Shown here: one piece after another, positions 1-8,789 of the stretch
Layout of the letters: each line of letters begins with the position of its first letter
How positions within the stretch are numbered: the stretch's first letter is position 1
NCBI GenBank assembly: GCA_043824255.1
Contig: JBDRTG010000033.1
Span: forward strand, 1-18,002
Reading direction: 5' to 3'
DNA: 18,002 bases
From: a bacterium
Lineage (GTDB): Bacteria; JAHJDO01
Translations under genes and position numbers: made by a program
The notes under the pieces: model-generated
Told to the model about the DNA's origin: nothing
The model's database searches: none
The model's input: only the letters and a program-made list of their open reading frames with translations

Positions 1-177
1 AACAAGACACCTCTTCAAATACTTAGTGAGTCAGGGTCTGAAATTAGTCCATTTATTTTCTTGCTTCCACCGGTTAATCTTGATAGATTATTGGCTGATT
101 CTTCTGCCAGGGTGGGTCATGATGTTCCTGTTGACCCCGAACGTTGCGATTTTTGCTACAAAATGTCCGGCACTTGA
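1..177 (+). mobile_element. 3' end of an ORF entering from the left, probably a DDE/integrase-core (IS481-like) transposase; possible IS end near 138
   Basis: Frame +1 is open from base 1 to TGA at 175-177: NKTPLQILSESGSEISPFIFLLPPVNLDRLLADSSARVGHDVPVDPERCDFCYKMSGT*. The pattern 'NKTP..I.....ISP....LPPV.LD.LL......GHDVP..P' resembles C-termini of integrase-core transposases (recalled, not searched). Short inverted repeat GGGTCA (114-119)/TGACCC (132-137). Confidence 0.5.
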
Positions 178-202
178 CATTATCTTGGCAGAAAGGCATT
201 AT
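174..202 (+). promoter_or_regulatory. Putative sigma70 promoter for the ABC exporter operon, likely leaderless
   Basis: TTGACA (174-179), 17 bp, CATTAT (197-202), 7 bp, ATG (210). No well-spaced Shine-Dalgarno sequence. Confidence 0.5.
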
Positions 203-209
203 TTAAGGC

Positions 210-1973
210 ATGAATAACCTTCTAAGAATTCTCCAGTTCGTCAAACCTTATAAAAAAAAAGTTATCCTTACTATTGGCATAACTATTATTATAACCCTGT
301 TTAATCTGCTTATCCCTCTAATTGTCAGATATATAGTAGATGAAGTAATTCAGAAGCAGGAGTGGAGCGTCTTTAGCGCCCCTATTCCCTGGCCTATTCT
401 TCTTATTTTAGTTCTCTCCATTTTAACAGCCATTCTTTCCTTCCCTAATAATTTCGTCATTGTTTATCTCAGCAGGAAGATTGTTTTTGACATAAGACTG
501 GCCATGTACAAGCATATCCAGAAACTTTCTCTCCGCTTTTATCAGGAGAATCCTACGGGTAAAATTATGTCTAAGGTTATGGGAGACACCAGGATAGTCA
601 GCAATGTTTTTACACATGATACCATCCAGATGATTGTAGATGTTGCCTCAGTCATCTTTGCCATGGGAATAATGATTCATCTTAACTGGAAATTAACACT
701 TGTCCTTGTAGGATTTCTTTCATTATACATTCTTAATTATCGCTACTTTCTACCCAAGGTAAGAAGCAAACAATCGTTTCTCAGATTCAGAATGGATCAG
801 GTATCCAGCAGCTTGGTTGAAGTACTCAGCGAACAGAAGACAGTAAAATCCTTTGCCCAGGAAAGAAGAGAGACCAGGATCTTTGCGCATCGCTTGCGTA
901 ACGCTCTGGATATTGGCTTGCAGGGAGTAGGTTACAGTGCAACTTTCTCTTTCTTCTCCAGCTTAGTAAATGGACTGGGAAAATCCACTATTTACTGTCT
1001 TGGATGTTACTTTGTAATCAAAGGAGGGATGACTTACGGGGATGTTCTTGCGCTATCCGCTTATGCATCAAGAATTTTTATGCCTGCACTCAGATTTTCA
1101 GAAATTTCTAATACTATGGCAATAACTACAATATCCCTGCGCCGCATCTTTGAAATTCTGAATACACCTGTTGAGATTAAGAATGTCTCGGAGGCTGTTG
1201 CAGTCAAAAAATTCCAGGGAGAGGTGCGATTTAAGAATGTCTCCTTTGAATACGAAGAAGAGAATCCCGTGCTCAAGAATATTAACCTCACTATTCATGC
1301 GGGTAAAACAATAGCTCTGGTAGGTGAAACCGGATGTGGCAAAACGACTCTAGCGTCACTGCTTCTTCGTTTCTATGATGTGAAATCAGGTAGCATCACT
1401 ATTGATGGTATGGATATCAGAAAGATTCGTCTAAACTGCCTGCATAAAAGAATAGGGGTAGTGCTTCAGGATTCCTTTATATTCAATGCCACGGTAAGAG
1501 AAAATATTTCCTATGGGAAAAAAGGTATCTCAGACAAAGAAATGAAAGAGGCTGCACGTATCGCAGAGATTGCCAATTTTATAGAGAGTCTCCCTGAAGG
1601 ATATGAAACTATTATCGGTGTAGGCGGGATAAAATTCTCTGCCGGAGAAAAACAACGATTAGCCATTGCCCGGGCCATCGTGACTAACCCTGATATTCTC
1701 ATTATGGATGAAGCGACATCCAATCTTGATACTGAGTCAGAAAGGCTTATTCAACGTGCTCTTGAGGCAGTCATGGCTACTCGTACTTCTCTGGTAATAG
1801 CTCATCGGCTCTCCACCATTGTTAATGCCGACCTTATCGTTGTTATGAATAAGGGAAGGATAGTGGAGAGTGGTTCTCATAAGAAACTGATAATGAAAAA
1901 AGAAAGCATTTATCACAAACTCTATGAACAACAGAAGGCAATTGCTCAAGCCGAGAGTAAAGTTCTCTGGTAG
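210..1973 (+). CDS. ABC exporter, fused permease/ATPase (MsbA/MdlA-like), heterodimer subunit 1
   Basis: N-terminal multi-TM domain; Walker A GETGCGKT, Q-loop VVLQD, degenerate signature FSAGEKQR, Walker B ILIMDE, D-loop ATSNLD, H-loop IAHR. Confidence 0.95.
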   Translation: MNNLLRILQFVKPYKKKVILTIGITIIITLFNLLIPLIVRYIVDEVIQKQEWSVFSAPIPWPILLILVLSILTAILSFPNNFVIVYLSRKIVFDIRLAMYKHIQKLSLRFYQENPTGKIMSKVMGDTRIVSNVFTHDTIQMIVDVASVIFAMGIMIHLNWKLTLVLVGFLSLYILNYRYFLPKVRSKQSFLRFRMDQVSSSLVEVLSEQKTVKSFAQERRETRIFAHRLRNALDIGLQGVGYSATFSFFSSLVNGLGKSTIYCLGCYFVIKGGMTYGDVLALSAYASRIFMPALRFSEISNTMAITTISLRRIFEILNTPVEIKNVSEAVAVKKFQGEVRFKNVSFEYEEENPVLKNINLTIHAGKTIALVGETGCGKTTLASLLLRFYDVKSGSITIDGMDIRKIRLNCLHKRIGVVLQDSFIFNATVRENISYGKKGISDKEMKEAARIAEIANFIESLPEGYETIIGVGGIKFSAGEKQRLAIARAIVTNPDILIMDEATSNLDTESERLIQRALEAVMATRTSLVIAHRLSTIVNADLIVVMNKGRIVESGSHKKLIMKKESIYHKLYEQQKAIAQAESKVLW

Positions 1974-3709
1974 TGGATAATAGACATATGAACACATTAA
2001 ATAGACTTTTCCAGAAATATGTTTTTCCTCATAAATGGAAACTGGCTATTGTGATCCTCATCTCACTTTTTACATCTTTAGTCACTTATCTTTTTGGCTT
2101 CATGGCAAAGATTATAGTGGATATAGTAATTCCTCAAAAAAACATTCTTTTGCTTTTCAGTCTTTTAGGGGGTTATAGTCTGATTCATCTTTTTGCTTGT
2201 TCCGCCAGTAGTTTCAACCGCTACCAGATTGCGGCTCTGGGTCAAAGAATTGTTTTCTCTTTGAGGTGTGATTTGCATCAGAAACTTCAAAGTTTAGCCA
2301 TGCGCTACTTTGACCAGCACAAAGTTGGAAAGCTAGTAGCCCGGGTAATGGATGATTCCGATGTGGTAGAGAGTATAGCTACTACAACTCTGGTTACTAC
2401 TATTACCAGTGTGGCTGCTTTGGTAGTGGCTGTTGTCATTTTACTGAGTCTTGATTATAAGTTGGCAATTATCGCTCTAATGGCTCTTCCTCTAGCAGCC
2501 ATTTCCTTTGCTACAATGAGCAAGCGTCTGGAGACAATAAGCAGTGATATGCGAGCCCGTAATGCAGAATTGTATTCCCATCTTTCAGAGGTGTTCACTG
2601 GAGCTGAGGTGGTAAAGAGTTTTGCTCAAGAAAAAAAAGAAATAAGAAATTTCTTCCAACGCTCAAAACATCTCATTCGACTCGTTGTCAGGAGAGCCAT
2701 GATCTCCACAGCACTAGGGACTGTCAGTGCAATTATCTCTGCTGGTTGCACAGGAGTTATTCTATGGCTTGGCGTGCTTAAAGTAAAAGCCGGCTGGTCC
2801 CTCGGTTCAATGCTCTGGTTTTATTCGACTACAGCTCTTCTTTTTGGTCCGGTAAACAACCTTACCTCAATACTTCTTAACAGCCAATATTTGATGGTGG
2901 TGATGAAAAGAATTTTTGGGCTACTGGATGAAAAGGTGGAGATTCATGATTCTAGACAAGCTATATTCTTAGAAAAAATAAAAGGGCAGGTCACGTTCAG
3001 GCACGTGTCTCTAAAATACAGGGAAGGTAAAAACATGGGTCTCTCTGACATTAGTTTTGAAATTTCTGCAGGGAGTAGAGTGAGTCTTATCGGGCCCAGT
3101 GGTTCGGGCAAGACTTCTTTAGTCAGTCTGTTATTTCGTCTTTACGATTCTACTACAGGATACATCTTTATAGATGGGCATAATATCAAAGATGTAAAGC
3201 TAACATCCTTGAGATCGAACATTGCTATGGTTCCTCAAGAAGCATCCATATTTTCGGGCACTGTTGCCGATAATATAAGATATGGCCGCATACAAGCCAG
3301 CGCTAAGAAAATAATTAATGCGGCAAAAATGGCTGAGATACACGATTTTATTATGTCTCTCCACGAAAAATATGAGACTGAAATCGGAGAAAGAGGCATG
3401 AGTCTCTCTGGAGGACAGAAACAAAGACTCTGTATAGCTCGGGCTCTGCTTTCAAATCCTGGAATCCTTATTCTGGATGACAGCAGTTCTGCCCTTGATG
3501 CTGAGACTGAAGCACGTATCCAGAAAACCATGGATAAGGTTATGAAAGGAAAAACCTGTTTTATTATTACTCATCGGCTACGCACTGCCATGCAAGCCGA
3601 TATTATCATTGTCATGTGCGAGGGGAGAATTGTGGAAACGGGTTCTCATAATGAACTATTGAAGCTGGGTGGATTTTACCAGCGGATTTACCAGAAACAG
3701 AACTCCTAA
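1973..3709 (+). CDS. ABC exporter, fused permease/ATPase, heterodimer subunit 2
   Basis: TM domain; Walker A GPSGSGKT, signature LSGGQKQR, Walker B ILILDD (catalytic E replaced by D), SALD, ITHR. GTG start overlaps the upstream TAG; alternative ATG at 1988. Confidence 0.95.
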   Translation: MDNRHMNTLNRLFQKYVFPHKWKLAIVILISLFTSLVTYLFGFMAKIIVDIVIPQKNILLLFSLLGGYSLIHLFACSASSFNRYQIAALGQRIVFSLRCDLHQKLQSLAMRYFDQHKVGKLVARVMDDSDVVESIATTTLVTTITSVAALVVAVVILLSLDYKLAIIALMALPLAAISFATMSKRLETISSDMRARNAELYSHLSEVFTGAEVVKSFAQEKKEIRNFFQRSKHLIRLVVRRAMISTALGTVSAIISAGCTGVILWLGVLKVKAGWSLGSMLWFYSTTALLFGPVNNLTSILLNSQYLMVVMKRIFGLLDEKVEIHDSRQAIFLEKIKGQVTFRHVSLKYREGKNMGLSDISFEISAGSRVSLIGPSGSGKTSLVSLLFRLYDSTTGYIFIDGHNIKDVKLTSLRSNIAMVPQEASIFSGTVADNIRYGRIQASAKKIINAAKMAEIHDFIMSLHEKYETEIGERGMSLSGGQKQRLCIARALLSNPGILILDDSSSALDAETEARIQKTMDKVMKGKTCFIITHRLRTAMQADIIIVMCEGRIVETGSHNELLKLGGFYQRIYQKQNS

Positions 3710-4458
3710 GTCTGACCAGGCAGATGAAGTTGCTCTTTGGCTGTATCGTATTTCTTCCTGCAATTATCGCAGTCATTGCAGTCTTGTATGTAACAATTTC
3801 TATGAACGCGAGATGAGTATTGCTTTTCAAATGAAACAGCACAGCTTTCTGAGCAAAAAGAGAAACGTTCCTGATCAACGCCAATAGCAACATAGTGGGT
3901 CACCATTTTATCCGAACTTTGAATAGGTTTAAAACACCAATTACACAAAGGATGCAGTTCTTCCGTTCTTTTTCGGCGTATTTTCCCAAGTTCTTCTTCA
4001 GTCCATACATACTCTATATAGGCAAGAGCTTTGCGCATTATCTCGTGAGTAATGACGTCGCCCTGCAGACACAAAATTATCCCATCATGCACCTCAAAGG
4101 CCTTATCACACTCAATCTTCCGTTTATCATCAAGATGAATAATTACCTTTCCTACATCGGGAGTGATCCGTTTTGACCAGCCACAGTGACTGCAAATACT
4201 GGTGTAAAGGAACTGTTCTGTTTTCCAGCCACACTCAGGACAACGACCCTTTTCCAGAAGTTTTAACTGCTTCAAATCATCCTTAGCAGCACGTTTAATC
4301 GTATCATTCACATCAGAGCTCAATTTTTTAACCGCTCCTTTATCCATTTCTTGCCGAAGTAAGGAAACATCTTCTTCTACCTTACTTTCCTGATCCATAA
4401 GGGTTATCTGTTTGTCTTCCGTATCTAAGTCCTTCCTCTTTCTCCCAAAAAACCACAT
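3706..4458 (-). CDS. Hypothetical cysteine-rich metal-binding protein (zinc ribbon, TRASH/YHS-like finger, C-terminal Cys cluster)
   Basis: 250 aa with strong RBS GGGAGGA (4468-4474). Motifs CPECG..CSHCG, CNWC..FCSESC and HRNCYIQDCNDCDNC. Confidence 0.85.
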   Translation of the reverse strand: MWFFGRKRKDLDTEDKQITLMDQESKVEEDVSLLRQEMDKGAVKKLSSDVNDTIKRAAKDDLKQLKLLEKGRCPECGWKTEQFLYTSICSHCGWSKRITPDVGKVIIHLDDKRKIECDKAFEVHDGIILCLQGDVITHEIMRKALAYIEYVWTEEELGKIRRKRTEELHPLCNWCFKPIQSSDKMVTHYVAIGVDQERFSFCSESCAVSFEKQYSSRVHRNCYIQDCNDCDNCRKKYDTAKEQLHLPGQT

Positions 4459-4493
4459 TATTTTCTATCCTCCCTTTGTAAACGTATTAGATT

Positions 4494-4522
4494 AGTATAA
4501 AGTATATCATACGAAAAGTAAA
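4494..4522 (-). promoter_or_regulatory. Putative sigma70 promoter of the Cys-rich protein gene
   Basis: Minus strand TTTACT (4522-4517), 17 bp, TATACT (4499-4494), upstream of the RBS. Confidence 0.55.
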
Positions 4523-4553
4523 TATTGCGGAGATTTTTTCCATGGATTAATTC

Positions 4554-4582
4554 TTGACATTCAAAAGGGATATGTCTAGTAT
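4554..4582 (+). promoter_or_regulatory. Putative sigma70 promoter of the DUF4404-like gene, likely leaderless
   Basis: TTGACA (4554-4559), 17 bp, TAGTAT (4577-4582), 7 bp, ATG (4590). Confidence 0.6.
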
Positions 4583-4589
4583 AAATATA

Positions 4590-4922
4590 ATGATTAAACG
4601 CACTATCTCAGAGATTAAAGTCAGGATTCAGAAAGCCAATTCCATCAAAGAGAAAAACAAATCCGAGCTGCTTGACCTGCTTTCAACTCTAAAATCCGAA
4701 ATTGAGGAGCTTTCCAAGACTCAGGCTGATCACGCAAAAAGCATTACAGGTTTTACTGACATCTCAACTCATGAAGCAACACGGGAAAACAAAAATCCAG
4801 AACTTTTAAAAGTCTCTATAGAGGGCTTGTCTTCATCAGTTAAGGGATTTGAAACGTCACATCCAAAACTGGCAGAGATTGTAAATTCCATATGCCTTAC
4901 GTTATCAAATCTTGGCATATAG
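4590..4922 (+). CDS. DUF4404-family small helical protein (110 aa)
   Basis: C-terminus 'GFETSHPKLAEIVNSICLTLSNLGI' fits the DUF4404 pattern FE.SHP.L...V..I...LSN.GI. Start moved from TTG 4554, which is the -35 box, to the in-frame ATG at 4590. Confidence 0.75.
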   Translation: MIKRTISEIKVRIQKANSIKEKNKSELLDLLSTLKSEIEELSKTQADHAKSITGFTDISTHEATRENKNPELLKVSIEGLSSSVKGFETSHPKLAEIVNSICLTLSNLGI

Positions 4923-4925
4923 GAT

Positions 4926-5948
4926 CTACCTAATCAATTCCTCTGCAATCTGAACTGCATTAAGAGCCGCGCCTTTGCGAATATTGTCTGAAACTACCCA
5001 CATATTAATTCCATTTTTCTTAAAAGGATCCTTGCGAATTCTGCCTACATATGTATCATCTTTGCCCTCTGCAAAAATAGGCATTGGGTACTGTGGCGGG
5101 TCGGCGCTTATATCTTCAACAACAGATATCCCTTGAGCATCCTTCAAGACACTTGTAATTTCTTTAATAGAAACTTCTCTTTCTGTCTCAATATATATGG
5201 ATTCTGAATGAGCATAAAAAACAGGAACTCGCACTGTAGTCGCAGTAATCTCTATTGTATCATCATGCAAAATCTTATGTGTTTCTTTGACCATCTTCCA
5301 TTCTTCCGTTGTATATCCCAGTTTTCCAAAAGAGCCTATATGTGGAATTACATTAAATGCTATTTGATAAGGATAAGCCTCAAAACCTGTTATTCCCTTG
5401 CCATCAGCGTAGTCCTGAACTTGTTTCTTCAACTCCCCTATTGCAGCTCTTCCTGTCCCTGAAACTGATTGATATGTAGAGACAATAATTCTTCTTATCT
5501 TTGCCAATTTATGTATTGGAGCAAGAGCGATCACCATTTGAATAGTGGAACAATTTGGATTGGCAATAATATTCTTATGGCTTTTAATGTCTTCAGGATT
5601 AACCTCAGGAATAACAAGCGGTACATCAGGATCCATTCGAAAATCATTTCCATTGTCAATTACAACAACTCCTTTACTGGCTGCGACTTTTCCAAACGTT
5701 ACAGCAGCGCCTTTTTCCCCTTCTGTGCCGGCAAATAAAGCTATATCTATTCCATTAAATAATTCCGAGCTTATTTTCCCCACATGATATAATTTACCCT
5801 CAACAGTAATATCTCTTTTGCTTCTGGCAAGAACAACAAGTTTATCAATGGGAAACTTACGCTGATGCAACACCTTGAGCATTTCTATACCAACTGTGCC
5901 AACCCCGATAACAGCTAAATTGTATTTTTCTTTTTTTCTCACAATCAC
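4926..5948 (-). CDS. asd: Aspartate-semialdehyde dehydrogenase
   Basis: Rossmann AVIGVGTVG, VPLVIPEVN, catalytic ANPNCST, STYQSVSGTG, RVPVFYAHSE, DNIRKGAALNAVQIAE. Start overlaps the leuB stop. Confidence 0.97.
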   Translation of the reverse strand: MIVRKKEKYNLAVIGVGTVGIEMLKVLHQRKFPIDKLVVLARSKRDITVEGKLYHVGKISSELFNGIDIALFAGTEGEKGAAVTFGKVAASKGVVVIDNGNDFRMDPDVPLVIPEVNPEDIKSHKNIIANPNCSTIQMVIALAPIHKLAKIRRIIVSTYQSVSGTGRAAIGELKKQVQDYADGKGITGFEAYPYQIAFNVIPHIGSFGKLGYTTEEWKMVKETHKILHDDTIEITATTVRVPVFYAHSESIYIETEREVSIKEITSVLKDAQGISVVEDISADPPQYPMPIFAEGKDDTYVGRIRKDPFKKNGINMWVVSDNIRKGAALNAVQIAEELIR

Positions 5949-7003
5949 ATCACTTCTTTTGCTACCATATCACCTATTTCTGAGGTTGTGTGTCCCATTT
6001 TCCCTGCAGAAAGGCTTTTCATATCATTTTGAACAACCTTTATTACAGCTTTCTCAATATCATCTGCTGCTTTGCTTTCTCCGAGATGTTCAAGCATCAT
6101 ACCTCCTGCACATATAGCAGCCATTGGATTTATCACATTTTTGCCTGTATATTTTGGAGCTGAACCTCCTATAGGCTCAAACATGGATGTTCCACCTTCG
6201 TCAGGATTAATGTTTCCGCCTGCTGCAATACCCATGCCTCCCTGTATCATTGCTCCGAGATCAGTTATTATATCCCCAAACATGTTATCTGTTACAATAA
6301 CATCAAACCACTCAGGATTCTTTACCATCCACATACAGGTAGCATCAACATGAGCATAATCCGTTTTTATGTCAGAATACTCTTTAGCAACATCATTAAA
6401 GGCTCTTTCCCAGAGATCGAATGCAAAGGTTAAGACATTAGTCTTGCCGCATAAAGTTAGCTTTTTATCTTTGTTTCTCTTTCTGCAATATTCAAAAGCA
6501 TACCTGATACATCTTTCCACTCCCTTGCGAGTATTTATTGATTCCTGGATAGCAACTTCATCAGCAGTCCCCTTCTTTAAATTCCCACCGGCACCAACAT
6601 AAAGTCCTTCTGTATTCTCTCGCACCACAGTAAAATCAATATCCTCAGGACCTTTATCCTTTAAAGGAGTATCTACTCCGGGATAAAGCTTAACAGGTCT
6701 CAGGTTTATATACTGATCCAGAGCAAACCTGAGCTTGAGAAGCAGTCCTTTTTCCAAAATTCCGGGTTTTACATCAGGATGACCCACTGCACCAAGATAG
6801 ATAGCATCAAGCTTTCTAAATTCTTCTATAGCAGAATCAGGCAGAACTTCGCCTGTTTTCAGATACCGCTCACCTCCAAAATCATAATATGTAAACTCAA
6901 ACTTTATATCATGCTTACCTGAAACTGCATTAAGAACTTTTAGTCCTTCTTTTATAACTTCAGGACCTGTCCCGTCTCCACCTATTACACCTATTTTATA
7001 CAT
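5945..7003 (-). CDS. leuB: 3-isopropylmalate dehydrogenase
   Basis: [53 protein letters not shown]; adjacent to asd, with leuCD in the window. Confidence 0.92.
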   Translation of the reverse strand: MYKIGVIGGDGTGPEVIKEGLKVLNAVSGKHDIKFEFTYYDFGGERYLKTGEVLPDSAIEEFRKLDAIYLGAVGHPDVKPGILEKGLLLKLRFALDQYINLRPVKLYPGVDTPLKDKGPEDIDFTVVRENTEGLYVGAGGNLKKGTADEVAIQESINTRKGVERCIRYAFEYCRKRNKDKKLTLCGKTNVLTFAFDLWERAFNDVAKEYSDIKTDYAHVDATCMWMVKNPEWFDVIVTDNMFGDIITDLGAMIQGGMGIAAGGNINPDEGGTSMFEPIGGSAPKYTGKNVINPMAAICAGGMMLEHLGESKAADDIEKAVIKVVQNDMKSLSAGKMGHTTSEIGDMVAKEVM

Positions 7004-7021
7004 CGCAACTCCTATGTTTTT

Positions 7022-8149
7022 TTAAATTTTGAAATTCAACCCTTCTTCTACCATAATTAAATAATTTTCCGGTGGAATATAATTTGCCACTGAATTGCCA
7101 GAACCAAGTGCATAGCCTCCTTTTGGAACACATTCTTTTAAAACATTTCGGATATATGTTCTTAATTTACCTTTAGGAAAACGACACAAAACATCGACAT
7201 CAATACCTCCCAGTACTGTAATTCTATTTCCATATTTTCTATGAAATTCTGTTACCGGCATAATTGCGTCTTCAAAAGAGTGTTTAGCATCTATGCTTAC
7301 ATCCTCAATTAAATCCTCCATAATATCTTCTAGATTACCACAGGCATGCAAGAAATATAAGAGATTATTCTCATGTGCAAGTGAAGCAATTTTTTTATGC
7401 CATGGAAGTACGTGCTTTCTTAAGAAATCTGGCGGCATAAGAGTCGAAGTTTTAAAACCCATATCATCTCCTTGAAAAAATCCATAGAGATTGGGTAATC
7501 CAATCATTTTTTTATAAAATCCATAAATCAATTCTCCCGTCTTTTGAAAAACAGCCCCAATAAGATCTGGCTGGTCGTATATCCCATAGGCTAAAGTTTC
7601 ATATCCAAGCAGTGTATTCAAAGGGACTTCCAGTATCCCACTACTTGGACAGACAAACAATCCCATTCCCTCTGGCAGATTTTGACTAGCAAATTCATAT
7701 CTCCATAAGTCTACATTATCCAAAGACGGCCAGGGATATTTCTCGAATTCATCCCAACTCGTAATAACTCCTTTTCCTTCCTCTGCCCAACTCCTTTGCC
7801 CTTTAGAAAGAGAACTAGTGTCACCTGTTATACGGTTTTTTCCTGGAAAATCTAATCCTCCTGACAAGCGAACATAATCATATCCAAAACGATACCAGAA
7901 CCCAATTATTGATTTAATGTTCCCTCTTTCTGAATCCCTATCGCCAGAAACAGCATCAACCCATTTCACTTTCGCTTTTTGTTCCATAAGATATTTCATT
8001 AATGCTCCATCTACAAACAGTTCAACCAAAGGTGGCTGAGAAGGAATTATCTCTCTTTTTATAGTCTTACAAAAAGTCTCAATGTTTGGCTTTGGTGCCT
8101 TTAATGGTACCTTTTTGCTATTCTCCATATTTTTCATCCTACTATACAC
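7022..8149 (-). CDS. Uroporphyrinogen decarboxylase/MtaA-CmuA superfamily protein, function unknown
   Basis: YPWP, GDDMGFK, LHACGNL, LGGIDVD and GGYALGSGNS motifs. Lacks the HemE RQAGR motif. Start uncertain (GTG 8149, ATG 8137 or ATG 8128). Confidence 0.85.
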   Translation of the reverse strand: MYSRMKNMENSKKVPLKAPKPNIETFCKTIKREIIPSQPPLVELFVDGALMKYLMEQKAKVKWVDAVSGDRDSERGNIKSIIGFWYRFGYDYVRLSGGLDFPGKNRITGDTSSLSKGQRSWAEEGKGVITSWDEFEKYPWPSLDNVDLWRYEFASQNLPEGMGLFVCPSSGILEVPLNTLLGYETLAYGIYDQPDLIGAVFQKTGELIYGFYKKMIGLPNLYGFFQGDDMGFKTSTLMPPDFLRKHVLPWHKKIASLAHENNLLYFLHACGNLEDIMEDLIEDVSIDAKHSFEDAIMPVTEFHRKYGNRITVLGGIDVDVLCRFPKGKLRTYIRNVLKECVPKGGYALGSGNSVANYIPPENYLIMVEEGLNFKI

Positions 8150-8198
8150 CTATTTTATATAGATCATAACTCCCATGATTGGTTAACTATATTGCGGG

Positions 8199-8207
8199 AT
8201 TATAGCA
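8199..8207 (-). promoter_or_regulatory. Extended -10 promoter element for UroD-like/leuB/asd
   Basis: Minus strand TGCTATAAT (perfect TGnTATAAT) about 50 bp upstream of the ORF; no good -35. Confidence 0.5.
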
Positions 8208-8311
8208 ATAATGTTTTGAAAATAAAAGCTTAAATCCCTCCCTTCAACCCCAAGAAAGTATGTCTCTTTGCAGGATAATACTTGGCGGATAGTGAGAATG
8301 CGTAAAAGAAA

Positions 8312-8371
8312 GTGCAATGTCGCAAACCAGCCGCGCGAGTTTTTGCGTCGGCTAAATTAGCTTGGTTATGT
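8312..8371 (-). mobile_element. Integron attC site (60 bp), degenerate
   Basis: Minus strand ACATAAC-CAAGC-TAATTTAGCCGACGCAAAAACTCGCGCGGCTGGTTTG-CGAC-ATTGCAC. R'' box lies 5 bp after the cassette gene stop. Central stem AGCCG/CGGCT and CGC/GCG with an extrahelical A. R' reads ATT instead of GTT. Confidence 0.75.
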
Positions 8372-8376
8372 GATAA

Positions 8377-8772
8377 TTATGAATTTTCTGTTTTCTTTTT
8401 CTTGGGTAAAAATCCTGAAACAACCCAGAGAATACCCAAATACGAGATTACAGGAATAATTCCAATCCCAAAAAACTCTGTCCAGTGCAAATTTCCAAAA
8501 GATCTGTTATATGGTTCAAAGACAACAAAGGAACCTACTACCCATAAGACTGAAATTAGCATACCGAGACGGATAGCACCCTTGTTTCCTTTGATAATAT
8601 AACCACCAAGATAACTTAGGGCAAATGACCCAATGGCTACGCCGGCGGTAATTATCAAAATAATGCCCCATTCTTTTGATGAAGGAAGAGATTCAATCGC
8701 ACACATAATTCCCACAAAAATAATACAGACAACCAAACATATTCCACATATCCAAGAACTAATCTTTATCAC
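8377..8772 (-). CDS. Hypothetical 4-TM membrane protein carried as an integron gene cassette
   Basis: 131 aa, four hydrophobic segments, RBS GAGGAGGG 5 nt before GTG, flanked by GTTATGT upstream and attC downstream. Confidence 0.8.
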   Translation of the reverse strand: MIKISSWICGICLVVCIIFVGIMCAIESLPSSKEWGIILIITAGVAIGSFALSYLGGYIIKGNKGAIRLGMLISVLWVVGSFVVFEPYNRSFGNLHWTEFFGIGIIPVISYLGILWVVSGFLPKKKKTENS

Positions 8773-8789
8773 GGTATCCCTCCTCTAAA

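Noticed and set aside
26..217. 63-aa ORF from the track
   Set aside because: No RBS or recognisable motif, and it runs over the ABC promoter. Frame +1 (1-177) is the better coding candidate.
4554..4589. N-terminal extension of the DUF4404-like ORF from TTG 4554
   Set aside because: The TTG is the -35 hexamer and the extension spans the promoter.
7022..8149. Calling this gene hemE
   Set aside because: It lacks the HemE signature motifs and there are no heme pathway genes nearby.
4522..8197. Shared 9-mer ATATTGCGG in two promoter regions (4522-4530, 8189-8197)
   Set aside because: Short, non-palindromic and at different positions relative to the promoters, so consistent with chance.
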